From positions 1 to 24,044 of the IMG/VR virus record IMGVR_UViG_3300033145_000910: a stretch of DNA of 24,044 nt; one strand, written 5' to 3'. The notes below the pieces were generated by a model. The model was not told the DNA's origin. It searched no databases and saw nothing but the letters and a program-made list of their open reading frames with translations. Within the stretch, counting starts at the first letter, position 1, and each line of letters begins with the position of its first letter. Position numbers and translations under genes: made by a program. The stretch comes from a virus (lineage: Duplodnaviria > Caudoviricetes). This document shows, in pieces, positions 9,228 through 16,759 of this stretch.

Positions 9228-9684
9228 ACTTATTATTCACCTCTGGCCGGGCCGTAGGCTTGCCGGAAAGAAGCTGCGCGTCCTGAATACCGTAGTGCAT
9301 AGCACCAACCACAGCCCGGAGCCAAGCAGCACTATCACGATCTTTGATACCAGGATTAGCCATGAACCGACGGGTCTCTTTTACCCCATCCTCTGCCAGA
9401 GCGTATAACTCATCAACTATTCCTTTAAGGCGATCAGTAATATATTCTCCGGCCTCAGCCACGGCCTGCTTAAATACCTGTTCCTTTAGTTCCCGTAGTT
9501 TTTGGGTCTCCTGCTGCGTTTCACCGTTGCGTTGCATCTGACCATTGCGCTGCGCTTGGCGGTGAAGCCAGCAGCGTATCGTGCCTGCAGAAATCCCCGT
9601 TGCTCTAGCTGCCTCAGCCGCCCCAAGTTTTTCGGCTATTGCCAACGCCTTCTGTTTCTCTCCTTCCGTCCACTTCGTTGCCAT
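9103..9684 (-). CDS. terS: Terminase small subunit (N-terminal HTH)
   Basis: HTH GAAEAARATGISAGTIRCW followed by coiled coil; immediately upstream of and overlapping TerL. Confidence 0.75.
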   Translation of the reverse strand: MATKWTEGEKQKALAIAEKLGAAEAARATGISAGTIRCWLHRQAQRNGQMQRNGETQQETQKLRELKEQVFKQAVAEAGEYITDRLKGIVDELYALAEDGVKETRRFMANPGIKDRDSAAWLRAVVGAMHYGIQDAQLLSGKPTARPEVNNKYEHDITYRIEQYADIYRDLSGRSILSSFDAGNDSRKSLDTT

Positions 9685-9702
9685 TTTATCACCGCCAAAT
9701 CA

Positions 9703-9726
9703 CAAAAAGCCGCCTCCCGGACGGCC
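9703..9726 (-). terminator. Rho-independent terminator after the PLMP-DUF559 gene
   Basis: Minus strand GGCCGTC-CGGGA-GGCGGCT followed by a T run, directly after the TGA stop. Confidence 0.6.
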
Positions 9727-10617
9727 TCAAAATTTCACAGCACGTTCTTCGATAATCTTATTTCTAATTCTTTCCCATGCTTTTTTATCTCTTAGGATAT
9801 AGTTACTAGGCAACCGCCCGTTATTTTTCTCCCGTTCTCTCTGCATCATTTTCTTAATCGCCCGTATTGCTGGCACTATTTGTTTTATATTCAATTCAAC
9901 AAACTCAGTTGGAATTCTTATAACTTCCCATCCTTCGCCTAATTCGTTTAGAACATCTTCATCAAAAGCGATATCTTTATCTTTTTTGTACTGATGTAAC
10001 CAGCCATCTATCTCTAAAACTATTTTTTCACCCTCTAAAAGAAAATCCACCTGATGCCCACCAACTTTTCTTTGGCACTCCGCTGGAATACCTACTCTTT
10101 TCAACTCCATCATGACAACCATTTCATAAGCACTATCAAATACTGAAGGATTTTCCTCTATTATTTTATTTACTTCTTCGCTAGAAACTTTGTAGTCATA
10201 TATGTTAACTGGAAATTGTTGTCTTTCTAGTATTAACAATGCTCTATCAAGCATCATCCTAGCGCGTACCCTTAAATAAGTTTGCAAATCCTCATTCCGT
10301 TGCTTTTCATATTCCTCTAAGCAAGAACTGCACCAATGTCTTTTGCTTAAGTCCTCGCATTTCTCTTCCTTTCCACAAGCCCAACACCTAGTTCGTTCTG
10401 AATTCTTTTCGTAGCTTTTATTGAAAGCTTCTGTACGTGTTTCCGTAGTTAGTTTGATCGCAAAGTCCCCATCCCACGTTTTAAATTTCTTAGCTACCTT
10501 CGCTTTTAATAATTTTCTCGCCCGTGCTGGCGTTGTAGGAGTAAGTTCTAAACCATACTTTGAAAATACCCTCACAGTATGTCTTATCTTGTAACTATAT
10601 TCCTTCCTTGCCGACAT
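9727..10617 (-). CDS. PLMP/RRXRR-domain, zinc-finger, DUF559/Vsr-like PD-(D/E)XK endonuclease fusion (AT-rich)
   Basis: VRVFSKYGLELTPTTPARARKLLKAKVAK...FAIKL resembles the IscB N-terminal PLMP/RRXRR domain; CWACG...CSSC; DSAYE...QRKVGGHQVDFLL...VLEIDGWLH...GWEVIRI is DUF559-like. Confidence 0.7.
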   Translation of the reverse strand: MSARKEYSYKIRHTVRVFSKYGLELTPTTPARARKLLKAKVAKKFKTWDGDFAIKLTTETRTEAFNKSYEKNSERTRCWACGKEEKCEDLSKRHWCSSCLEEYEKQRNEDLQTYLRVRARMMLDRALLILERQQFPVNIYDYKVSSEEVNKIIEENPSVFDSAYEMVVMMELKRVGIPAECQRKVGGHQVDFLLEGEKIVLEIDGWLHQYKKDKDIAFDEDVLNELGEGWEVIRIPTEFVELNIKQIVPAIRAIKKMMQREREKNNGRLPSNYILRDKKAWERIRNKIIEERAVKF

Positions 10618-10622
10618 ACGGC

Positions 10623-10664
10623 CTCTCCTCCTAAAGAGAGTTAAAGGGGTATATACTACCCCTT
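10623..10664 (-). promoter_or_regulatory. Two leader hairpins, one covering the RBS of the PLMP-DUF559 gene
   Basis: Minus strand AAGGGGTA-GTATA-TACCCCTT, then CTCTC-TTTAGGAG-GAGAG overlapping the GGAGGAG RBS. Confidence 0.4.
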
Positions 10665-10763
10665 ATCTTACCATTTCACCATTATTAAGTTTTTGCCAGC
10701 TTTATTATATTAAAAAGATCTACCTTTTTTTATCTCCGAAAAAAATATTTTCTCTTTTAATAA

Positions 10764-11009
10764 TTAATCATCGGAATAATACTCATACTGAAGCCGATAA
10801 TAAGTAGCCAAATTCTTCCTTAACTCTTTAATAAACTCCTCATCAATAGTTCCATTATCGTTCAGCGGGTATTCTATATCACATCTTTTACATACTGCAT
10901 GCCATCTTCCGTCTTTAAAGCAAAACTCGTTACCTAGAGGTCCAAAGCAGTTAATGCACCTCAAAGCAAGGAGATCTGCCCATATTGAAAAGTTAAACAC
11001 CATGATCAC
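10764..11009 (-). CDS. Small zinc-ribbon hypothetical protein (AT-rich)
   Basis: CINC...CKRC; start is GTG 11009 or ATG 11003. Confidence 0.5.
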   Translation of the reverse strand: MIMVFNFSIWADLLALRCINCFGPLGNEFCFKDGRWHAVCKRCDIEYPLNDNGTIDEEFIKELRKNLATYYRLQYEYYSDD

Positions 11010-11031
11010 CCAAAAAGTTTTTTCCGCACCA

Positions 11032-11061
11032 GCAGGAAAATTCGATCTTTCTGTCGAAGTA
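11032..11061 (+). promoter_or_regulatory. Sigma-H-like promoter
   Basis: GCAGGAAAA-N12-GTCGAAGTA versus the Bacillus sigH consensus RNAGGAWWW-N11-12-RNNGAATWW (one mismatch). Confidence 0.4.
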
Positions 11062-11067
11062 TTTCTT

Positions 11068-11084
11068 TGCCGCCGGAGGCGGCA
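11068..11084. terminator. GC hairpin, possible terminator
   Basis: TGCCGCC-GGA-GGCGGCA, followed on the plus strand by TAATTTATTT; lies just after the stop of 11089..11340. Confidence 0.45.
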
Positions 11085-11088
11085 TAAT

Positions 11089-11340
11089 TTATTTATCTGG
11101 CCTTTTCTTTTTGGTGGAAATATTTTCTTTTTCTTCCTGATACTGACACTCCGTTCCTAAAACATACCTGCCATCATCGAGTTTTATTATTGTTACGCCA
11201 GGGCTTTCTCTATCGTCTCTAACAAGCGTACCCCCAATCATTTTATCAGCATTATAATTAAAACACACCCAACACCTTCTACCCAAAAACCTACCTTGCG
11301 CTGGAAACTTGTTGTAGTCTATGTTCTTGTGTACTCCCAT
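11089..11340 (-). CDS. Phage hypothetical protein
   Basis: 83 aa, strong RBS AGGAGG; FPAQG...VRDDRESPG..IIKLDDGRYVLGTECQY. Confidence 0.7.
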   Translation of the reverse strand: MGVHKNIDYNKFPAQGRFLGRRCWVCFNYNADKMIGGTLVRDDRESPGVTIIKLDDGRYVLGTECQYQEEKENISTKKKRPDK

Positions 11341-11890
11341 TTTCTATCCTCCTGTCTTCTTCCCGATTTAATAATCCCTTCTTCGCTGCAAGTCTTGCCG
11401 CATAATCCAAAATCCTGCCCCACCACTCCGAAAACACCGACGGGCTTTCGATCCAAACGTCCTCCTGTTGCTTCTTCGCTCGTTTCGCCACCGCCTCACA
11501 ATATTTATGCTGCACATACGGTATCCAAGCCGGTCTGCCCCGGTAACGTCCGGTCCCGATGCGCCCGCGCCTTGCCGTCGCTTCGCGCCTGAATTGCAAG
11601 ACAAGCCGCAGCTTCCACGGCAGCCGCCTTTCTACTTCCTCCACAAGCGCAAGCCATTCCTCCGTCTCCCGCAAGTCAGCGAGTTTTTGGCCTTTGCGCC
11701 CGGTCGGATCGCCAATCTGGTTTCTGCTCCCGGACGGCGTGTCAGGCAGTGCCGGCGGTAAAGAATGCAATATTTCTTCCCGCTTCTGCTCATATTCCCT
11801 TTTGCGCTCGTGGTAATGCAGCAGCCAGCCGGCCACTATGCGGTTGTCCCTCGCCTTTTCCTCGTCCAGCGGAATTTCGCCCTTTGGCAC
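11291..11890 (-). CDS. ArpU/RinA-like late transcriptional activator
   Basis: WLLHYHERKREY...GDPTGRKG..L......WLALVEEVERRL; typical position between early genes and terminase; RBS GGAGGT. Confidence 0.65.
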   Translation of the reverse strand: MPKGEIPLDEEKARDNRIVAGWLLHYHERKREYEQKREEILHSLPPALPDTPSGSRNQIGDPTGRKGQKLADLRETEEWLALVEEVERRLPWKLRLVLQFRREATARRGRIGTGRYRGRPAWIPYVQHKYCEAVAKRAKKQQEDVWIESPSVFSEWWGRILDYAARLAAKKGLLNREEDRRIENGSTQEHRLQQVSSAR

Positions 11891-11902
11891 ACACCTACCT
11901 CC

Positions 11903-12076
11903 TCAGCCTGGAAGCCACAACAACCCGGCCCTTCCGGACTTCGGCCGTTCTTCCATAATCTTCTTCCAGTTTTCAAAAGACATGTCCTCGACCTGGTTGC
12001 CGGCGCGCAAGTATTTTTCAACCAACCACCTGAGTTCGGGCTGTTTCCAGATTACATATTCCGCTACGGTTATCAT
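11903..12076 (-). CDS. Small hypothetical protein (57 aa, not in the ORF track)
   Basis: MITVAEYVIWKQPELRWLVEKYLRAGNQVEDMSFENWKKIMEERPKSGRAGLLWLPG fills the gap in the operon. Confidence 0.5.
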   Translation of the reverse strand: MITVAEYVIWKQPELRWLVEKYLRAGNQVEDMSFENWKKIMEERPKSGRAGLLWLPG

Positions 12077-12138
12077 TTTCCTGTCGAAATCAGCCTCCCC
12101 GAACGGCTACTTTCAACACCCCCAGCAGCTGTCACATC

Positions 12139-12375
12139 CTAAACCTCCTTTACCGTTGCTTTGTAGGTAGTGCCAAGATCATTAGGATAAGCCACGAGTT
12201 TGAGCTGCTTGGGATTTGACATCGTTACGATTTCGTGTTCATAAACTGTCACAGTCCCACCCACTTTCTTGACTAACAACCAAGCAAGAACAAGCAGTTC
12301 GTCCCGCTGTTTTTCAACCTCGTGGAGCTCGCGTTTTAGTTCACTATTTTCCTTTGTTTGTTTCATAACCATCAC
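12139..12375 (-). CDS. Hypothetical protein
   Basis: 78 aa with RBS GAGGTG; co-directional with the operon. Confidence 0.6.
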   Translation of the reverse strand: MMVMKQTKENSELKRELHEVEKQRDELLVLAWLLVKKVGGTVTVYEHEIVTMSNPKQLKLVAYPNDLGTTYKATVKEV

Positions 12376-12403
12376 CTCAGTTACGTTTAATCTTTTGGTA
12401 CTA

Positions 12404-12826
12404 TCAGTACTTCTTCGCAGGCGAGGTGCTTCCGCCTACGGTCCTAATTGCTATTTCCACGCGCGGCGGGTCTCCGTACCTTTTCCGCAGCGTTTTCTGG
12501 ACAATCCTGCTGTCGTTCGTAAATATAAGCCCTTCCAGCGCGTCCGAAACGCTCTTGCATAAATTTGTAAGATCCGGCTTAGTGTCGGGGTACATATGCT
12601 TCTTCGGCCTCGACTTGGGCCGCAGCAGGTAAAATGTCGCTTCCAGTTCAAGCGGCCCATCCAGCAGTTTCTCCGGCCTATGATCCAGCGACTGTATTCT
12701 GATGCTTTCTTCCCAATTAGCCGTTTTTTTGGGGGTGTACGACTTCACAGTCCCGTTTGGCAGGCGGACCGTCCTGGCCCGCGCCTTTGGAACAGGCTGG
12801 CCGTATACCGTGAACTTAATTTCCAT
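12404..12826 (-). CDS. rusA: RusA-family Holliday junction resolvase
   Basis: GQPVPKARAR...YTPKKT...KPDLTNLCKSVSDALEGLIFTNDSRIV...PRVEI; likely start ATG 12826. Confidence 0.88.
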   Translation of the reverse strand: MEIKFTVYGQPVPKARARTVRLPNGTVKSYTPKKTANWEESIRIQSLDHRPEKLLDGPLELEATFYLLRPKSRPKKHMYPDTKPDLTNLCKSVSDALEGLIFTNDSRIVQKTLRKRYGDPPRVEIAIRTVGGSTSPAKKY

Positions 12827-13040
12827 TCGCCGCCCCGCCTTTGCGATCAACGTATCGCAGGTAGTTTCTATACAGGCGCATGAACTCTCCTATATCCCGG
12901 CGCCGCTGGTATGCCTCCGCTATCAGCAGGCACCGAAAGAAGTCGAGCACGACCTCGCACTGCCCGCGCGTCAATGCCCTTCGCATGTGCACCAAAGGTC
13001 CAGGGCGGCCGTATCTTACACGCGCTTTTTGTTCCGGCAT
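12816..13040 (-). CDS. Hypothetical protein
   Basis: 74 aa; ATG overlaps the upstream TGA (TGATG) and the 3' end overlaps the rusA start. Confidence 0.55.
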   Translation of the reverse strand: MPEQKARVRYGRPGPLVHMRRALTRGQCEVVLDFFRCLLIAEAYQRRRDIGEFMRLYRNYLRYVDRKGGAANGN

Positions 13041-13174
13041 CAGCTAGCCTTCAACTCCTTCCACCTGAAAACCCCGAACCCGCCGTTGCGCCACTGGCCC
13101 AATCCCTTCAGCCTGCCGTAATCCAGAATTGTTTTTATGATTTTTATGGTGACCTCGCTTCGCAACACTTCGAT
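13040..13174 (-). pseudogene. C-terminal remnant (44 codons) of a RAMP/Cas7-like (Vipr-like) gene
   Basis: Hand translation IEVLRSEVTIKIIKTILDYGRLKGLGQWRNGGFGVFRWKELKAS*. GLGxxRxGGFGxF is the RAMP glycine-rich loop. The strong RBS AAGGAGGG (13188-13181) is followed by ATC rather than ATG, consistent with an internal deletion. Confidence 0.7.
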
Positions 13175-13191
13175 AAACTGCCCTCCTTTGT

Positions 13192-13787
13192 TTTGCTATG
13201 CCTCGCCTTTACCTTGCTTCGCAGTACTCCGCCTTCGCTTTGCTTCGCCGCGCGCTACGCCGCCGCTCAACTCTGCTGCGCAATGCCACAGCTCAGCTTT
13301 GCTCTGCCTTCGCATAGCCAAGCTATGCTCTCGCCATACATTGCCCTGCTATGCCCCAGCTTTGCTGCGCGAAGTTTCGCCGCCCATGCTTTGCAGCGCC
13401 ACGCTGTGCCAATGCCGCGCCGTGCTTCGCCGTGCCACGCAACGTAACGCTAAGCCGTTGCTGACCAGCGCCTGCCCTGCCGTCGCAAAGCCTCGCAGCG
13501 CTACACCCTCGCCACGCATTGCCGTGCTACGCCTTCGCCACACAGCGCCCTGCCACGCCACTGCCATGCTATGCTACGCCATTGCCCAGTACCACTGCTC
13601 TACGCCGCTACGCAACGCCCTTGCTTCTGCACTGCGCTTTGCTACGCCCTGCGCCTCGCCATACTGCGCTTTTGCCTCGCAATGCCCTACTATGCATTGC
13701 CTTCACATAGCTACGCTGTGCCTTGCCCCTACCATGCCGCACAATGTCTAAGCTACCATGTATTACTCCGCCGCCGCTACATTGCCG
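13192..13787 (-). repeat. Non-coding pentameric (G/A/T)GY-NN array, candidate guide-RNA array
   Basis: Minus strand parses as, for example, GGC-gt AGC-ac GGC-aa TGC-gt GGC-gag | GGT-gt AGC-gc TGC-ga GGC-tt TGC-gac. Roughly 100 units, and no credible protein in any frame. Confidence 0.8.
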
Positions 13788-13983
13788 AAATGTCCAAGTA
13801 ATTCCCGCACCTGGGGCACGCCAGCGTGTCTGTCGGCCCGGTCGCCTTGTACCCGCACCTGCCGCACACCAGCCGGACGCCGTCCGGCACAAAAGGTTGG
13901 CTTTCGCGGTCTTTCTTCACCGCATACCATGCTAGCAACGCGATTATAGCTACGGCGATTGCGGTGATTATCGTCTTAAACAT
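13777..13983 (-). CDS. Small membrane-anchored zinc-ribbon protein (68 aa)
   Basis: Own RBS GGAGGTG and ATG 13983; N-terminal hydrophobic helix, CGRC...CPRC. It is joined to DUF5131 in the ORF track only because of an upstream frameshift. Confidence 0.7.
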   Translation of the reverse strand: MFKTIITAIAVAIIALLAWYAVKKDRESQPFVPDGVRLVCGRCGYKATGPTDTLACPRCGNYLDISAM

Positions 13984-14952
13984 CAATCCACCTCCCCCGC
14001 GCAATCTGCCACGATGCAGGCATTCGGCATCTCGTTCCACTCTCGCCCGTCCAGCAGGCGACCGGCTTTCTTCCGACCAACACGATGCATTGGACAATAA
14101 CCTTCTAAGGGATCGTAAAACACATACGTAAGCATACTCATCATCTGGGAGCACTAGCTCTGGATTGTATTCCCATTGTTCTCGGGGAAACCACTGCCCC
14201 CAATTTTTGAAGAAAAACGGCACGCCTGACTCCTGGCACTGATCACGAAGGCTCCGAATCCAATCCGGGTGACATGGCCTAGCGCCGGGACCTGTTTCGC
14301 CGCCACAGATGATCCAATCTATCCTTTGCAACGGTTCCAACTCCTTATCAAATCCGTCCCTTAGCCAATGTTCACCGGTAAGTGCATTTACATAACGCGC
14401 TTCATCAATCGTTATTTGGGTTAAATTCACAGCAGACAACATAGGCTCCACCGAAACGAACCTCACCGCCGCCGGTATTTGAAGCAGTATCGGGATGCGC
14501 TCATCGGCGGTCTGCTGGTTTTCTGCAGTTACGCCGATCCATACGTTGTCAGGCCATATCTCGTCAATCGGCCATGCTTTCGCCATTGCTGCAGCATCTG
14601 TCCATGCTAGCATTCGCTCTGGCCTTTTTGTGAGCACCAAGAATAAGTGCTGGCTGGCGTTCCTCATGACCATCCATACTTCGTTTATAAACTTGCCCGG
14701 CACATCCGGGTGAAAAAGGTCTGACATGCTACAAACGAACACCCGCCGTGGCTTTCGCCACCGCAACGGCTCCTCCAGCCGTTCCGGGTGCAACGTCACC
14801 CGAAACGGATCGTCTTTCGGATAGCCATGCCGCCCGGCTAACCTCTTGGCAAACTGTTTGGCATAGCAGTTCTCGCACCCTTCACTTACAGGCGTGCAAC
14901 CCGTAACAGGATTCCAAGTATAATCCGTCCACTCAATTTTGGATTTACCCAT
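13983..14952 (-). pseudogene. DUF5131 (phage Gp37/Gp68, radical-SAM-like) gene, frameshifted near 14130
   Basis: SKIEWTDYTWNPVTGCTPVSEGCENCYA, FVCSMSDLFH, LTKRPER, IICGGETGPGARP. The usual tail MHRVGRKKAGRLLDGREWNEMP...* lies in another frame, ending at TGA 13985-13983. Confidence 0.8.
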
Positions 14953-14981
14953 GCATATAAGCCCCTCCTTCCTTTTGTCGG

Positions 14982-15263
14982 CTAGAACGTGTTATTATAG
15001 CTGCCTTTTGATTCAACAATTAGCCGCACCTTTACGTTTTTCGGCATACTTTCCAAGAACTCTGTAAATCTCCCTAAAGGCAATTCATGCCACTCATCAA
15101 ATTCAATTCCAAAGTATTTGCAAGCAGCATCCGACAAAATATAAATTAAACTAACTAAATTGCCGCAACTTATTTCGGTTTCGATGCTGGTGGCAAGTTT
15201 GTCGGCGGTAACAGCTCCAGCCAAAAACTTTATGTTGGCTATAGAGTTGGATTGATTACTCAT
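14982..15263 (-). CDS. Hypothetical protein
   Basis: Likely start ATG 15263 after RBS GGGAGGTG; 93 aa. Confidence 0.6.
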   Translation of the reverse strand: MSNQSNSIANIKFLAGAVTADKLATSIETEISCGNLVSLIYILSDAACKYFGIEFDEWHELPLGRFTEFLESMPKNVKVRLIVESKGSYNNTF

Positions 15264-15504
15264 TGGATAGCGCACCTCCCTTCTTTGGTATAAACCCTTC
15301 GCAGTTCCAGACCATATCCGGGTCTCGCACCTGCTTGTCCATCCTGGCACACTCGTCTCTCTCCGGGTTCGTCGGCATAAACCAGCACTCCCGGCAGCAT
15401 TTAGGGCGGAGCTCGAAGCCGGTCCAGTAGAAGTATTTTCTGAAACGTTCCCTCTCGGCTCTCTCGGCCTGTTCCATTTCGTGGATCGTCATGTTACTGC
15501 TCAA
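15256..15504 (-). CDS. Small Cys-rich hypothetical protein
   Basis: CCRECWF...ECAR...WNCEGF; overlaps both neighbours. Confidence 0.55.
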   Translation of the reverse strand: MSSNMTIHEMEQAERAERERFRKYFYWTGFELRPKCCRECWFMPTNPERDECARMDKQVRDPDMVWNCEGFIPKKGGALSNE

Positions 15505-15653
15505 AGCTCATCCCCCTGCTCCTTATTTTCAATCGGCTCGTACGTTCGTTTGAAAATGTCATCCTTGCAGAAGTACTGTTCGCCCTTGACTCCAGTGATC
15601 AGCCAGTCGCCTGGTTGGCCCTGCATAGCACCTTCAAGCGTCTTGACTGTCAT
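15501..15653 (-). pseudogene. PGDYG-like phage protein lacking its N-terminus
   Basis: Hand translation (LTRP)MTVKTLEGAMQGQPGDWLITGVKGEQYFCKDDIFKRTYEPI...; the usual leading (Y/F)RKKPVVIEA segment is absent. Confidence 0.6.
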
Positions 15654-15949
15654 CGGCCTGGTAAGCGGTTTCGCCTCCTGCTCTCACGAGCCATCTTTCG
15701 CCTGTGCTTCCGCTTTTTGGCGGCCCACCTGGATAACCTGCCGCCGGAGGTTAAGCTCACATGGGCCTCGTCCTTGCCAGCCAGCTTCTTTTCGGCCGCA
15801 TTTTCCAGTTCTTTAGGAACTGACTGATACCCCAAGGCGTACATACGCTTTTTCATTTTCATAGCTTCTTCTGTGGTCTCTAGCTCTCCAAACAACTTAC
15901 GAGCCGTCTCACTATCTAACTTTAGAAGGTGTCCGGTGTCTGGATTCAC
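15650..15949 (-). CDS. Hypothetical protein with a basic C-terminus
   Basis: MNPDTGHL...KMARESRRRNR; RBS GGGAGGGA. Confidence 0.65.
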   Translation of the reverse strand: MNPDTGHLLKLDSETARKLFGELETTEEAMKMKKRMYALGYQSVPKELENAAEKKLAGKDEAHVSLTSGGRLSRWAAKKRKHRRKMARESRRRNRLPGR

Positions 15950-16121
15950 TTATATCCCTCCCAGTTTTCGGCATTGTATGCTGTTTTCGGTAAAATTGAC
16001 ATCTAAACAAGGGGTTGACCTGTCTATCTTTACCGCCCGTATACTCTTTGTTGCAACAGTACAAATAACCATTATGCCTATATCTATGCGCGCAGTTTTC
16101 GCATCGTTTACGTGGCTTCAT
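15912..16121 (-). CDS. Small Cys-rich hypothetical protein
   Basis: Likely ATG 16121: MKPRKRCENCAH...YCC...CQFY. Confidence 0.45.
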   Translation of the reverse strand: MKPRKRCENCAHRYRHNGYLYCCNKEYTGGKDRQVNPLFRCQFYRKQHTMPKTGRDISESRHRTPSKVR

Positions 16122-16275
16122 ATTCCACCAAAACCCGGCGCACCTCCTTCTGGACGGGGTAGATGTCACACCTTCGCCCCTCGCACAGCGAAAAAGGGCA
16201 GTCGCTCCTACATTTGAGCGCAAAGTAATCGCTGACTTCCTGCTCTGTCAATTCGTAGATTGTCATCTTGTCCAC
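16108..16275 (-). CDS. Small Cys-containing hypothetical protein (55 aa, not in the ORF track)
   Basis: RBS GGGAGG then GTG: MDKMTIYELTEQEVSDYFALKCRSDCPFSLCEGRRCDIYPVQKEVRRVLVEYEAT. Confidence 0.55.
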   Translation of the reverse strand: MDKMTIYELTEQEVSDYFALKCRSDCPFSLCEGRRCDIYPVQKEVRRVLVEYEAT

Positions 16276-16309
16276 CGTCTGCCTCCCTCCTCCGCCAGTT
16301 TCCTCTCAG

Positions 16310-16723
16310 TTACCCCCGGCAGGCTGTCTCTTCTAGAAATTCGCACACTTTTTCAACAACCTTCTCTATCGTTCCATCCTGCGCGTTACTCCTGCCTTCC
16401 AGGTATTTCCTTACCAACCTCCTGTTCAGCCTGCGCGGTATTTCGCCGCGCATTGCGGCTGCGTAGTACCCCCAGGCGTAATAATAATAGTAAACCCCTC
16501 CAGGCGAGGCCAACTCCGACGGCATTTCTTCAACCTCGGCCTGCCATTCCCACCAGATTTTGTCTTTGTACGGCTGGACGGGCGCTTTGAACACTTTTAT
16601 TTCACCCACGGGCCGGCAGCCTTTTTTGGATATTTGTATCTTTGCGTTGCGTTTCGCTTTTTCCAGGGTACTTGTTATCGCCCGGCCCTGGAGGTAGAGT
16701 TTTTCTTTGTTGGCACTTGACAT
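16310..16723 (-). CDS. Hypothetical protein
   Basis: 137 aa open frame co-directional with the operon; Tyr-rich run YYYYYAWGYY. Confidence 0.55.
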   Translation of the reverse strand: MSSANKEKLYLQGRAITSTLEKAKRNAKIQISKKGCRPVGEIKVFKAPVQPYKDKIWWEWQAEVEEMPSELASPGGVYYYYYAWGYYAAAMRGEIPRRLNRRLVRKYLEGRSNAQDGTIEKVVEKVCEFLEETACRG

Positions 16724-16759
16724 GTCTATCAGCTCTTTTCCAAAATCTAGAATTTTTAA

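Noticed and set aside
9727-10617. Full IscB / IS200-IS605 transposon
   Set aside because: No RuvC, bridge helix or HNH motifs and no tnpA; only the PLMP-like N-terminus resembles IscB.
11291-11375. Extra deletion extending the activator C-terminus into the next gene
   Set aside because: The 50-bp overlap is suggestive but cannot be judged without homolog alignments.
13192-13787. Classical CRISPR array
   Set aside because: There is no constant 23-47-nt repeat with unique spacers; the constant element is only a triplet.
12911-13949. Cys/Ala/Arg-rich ORFs over the pentamer array (e.g. 13137..13751 +, 12911..13447 +, 13349..13567 -, 13608..13892 -)
   Set aside because: Low-complexity translations with no RBS or motif. 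The 5-nt period conflicts with codon structure, and stops are rare simply because of the GC-rich repeats.
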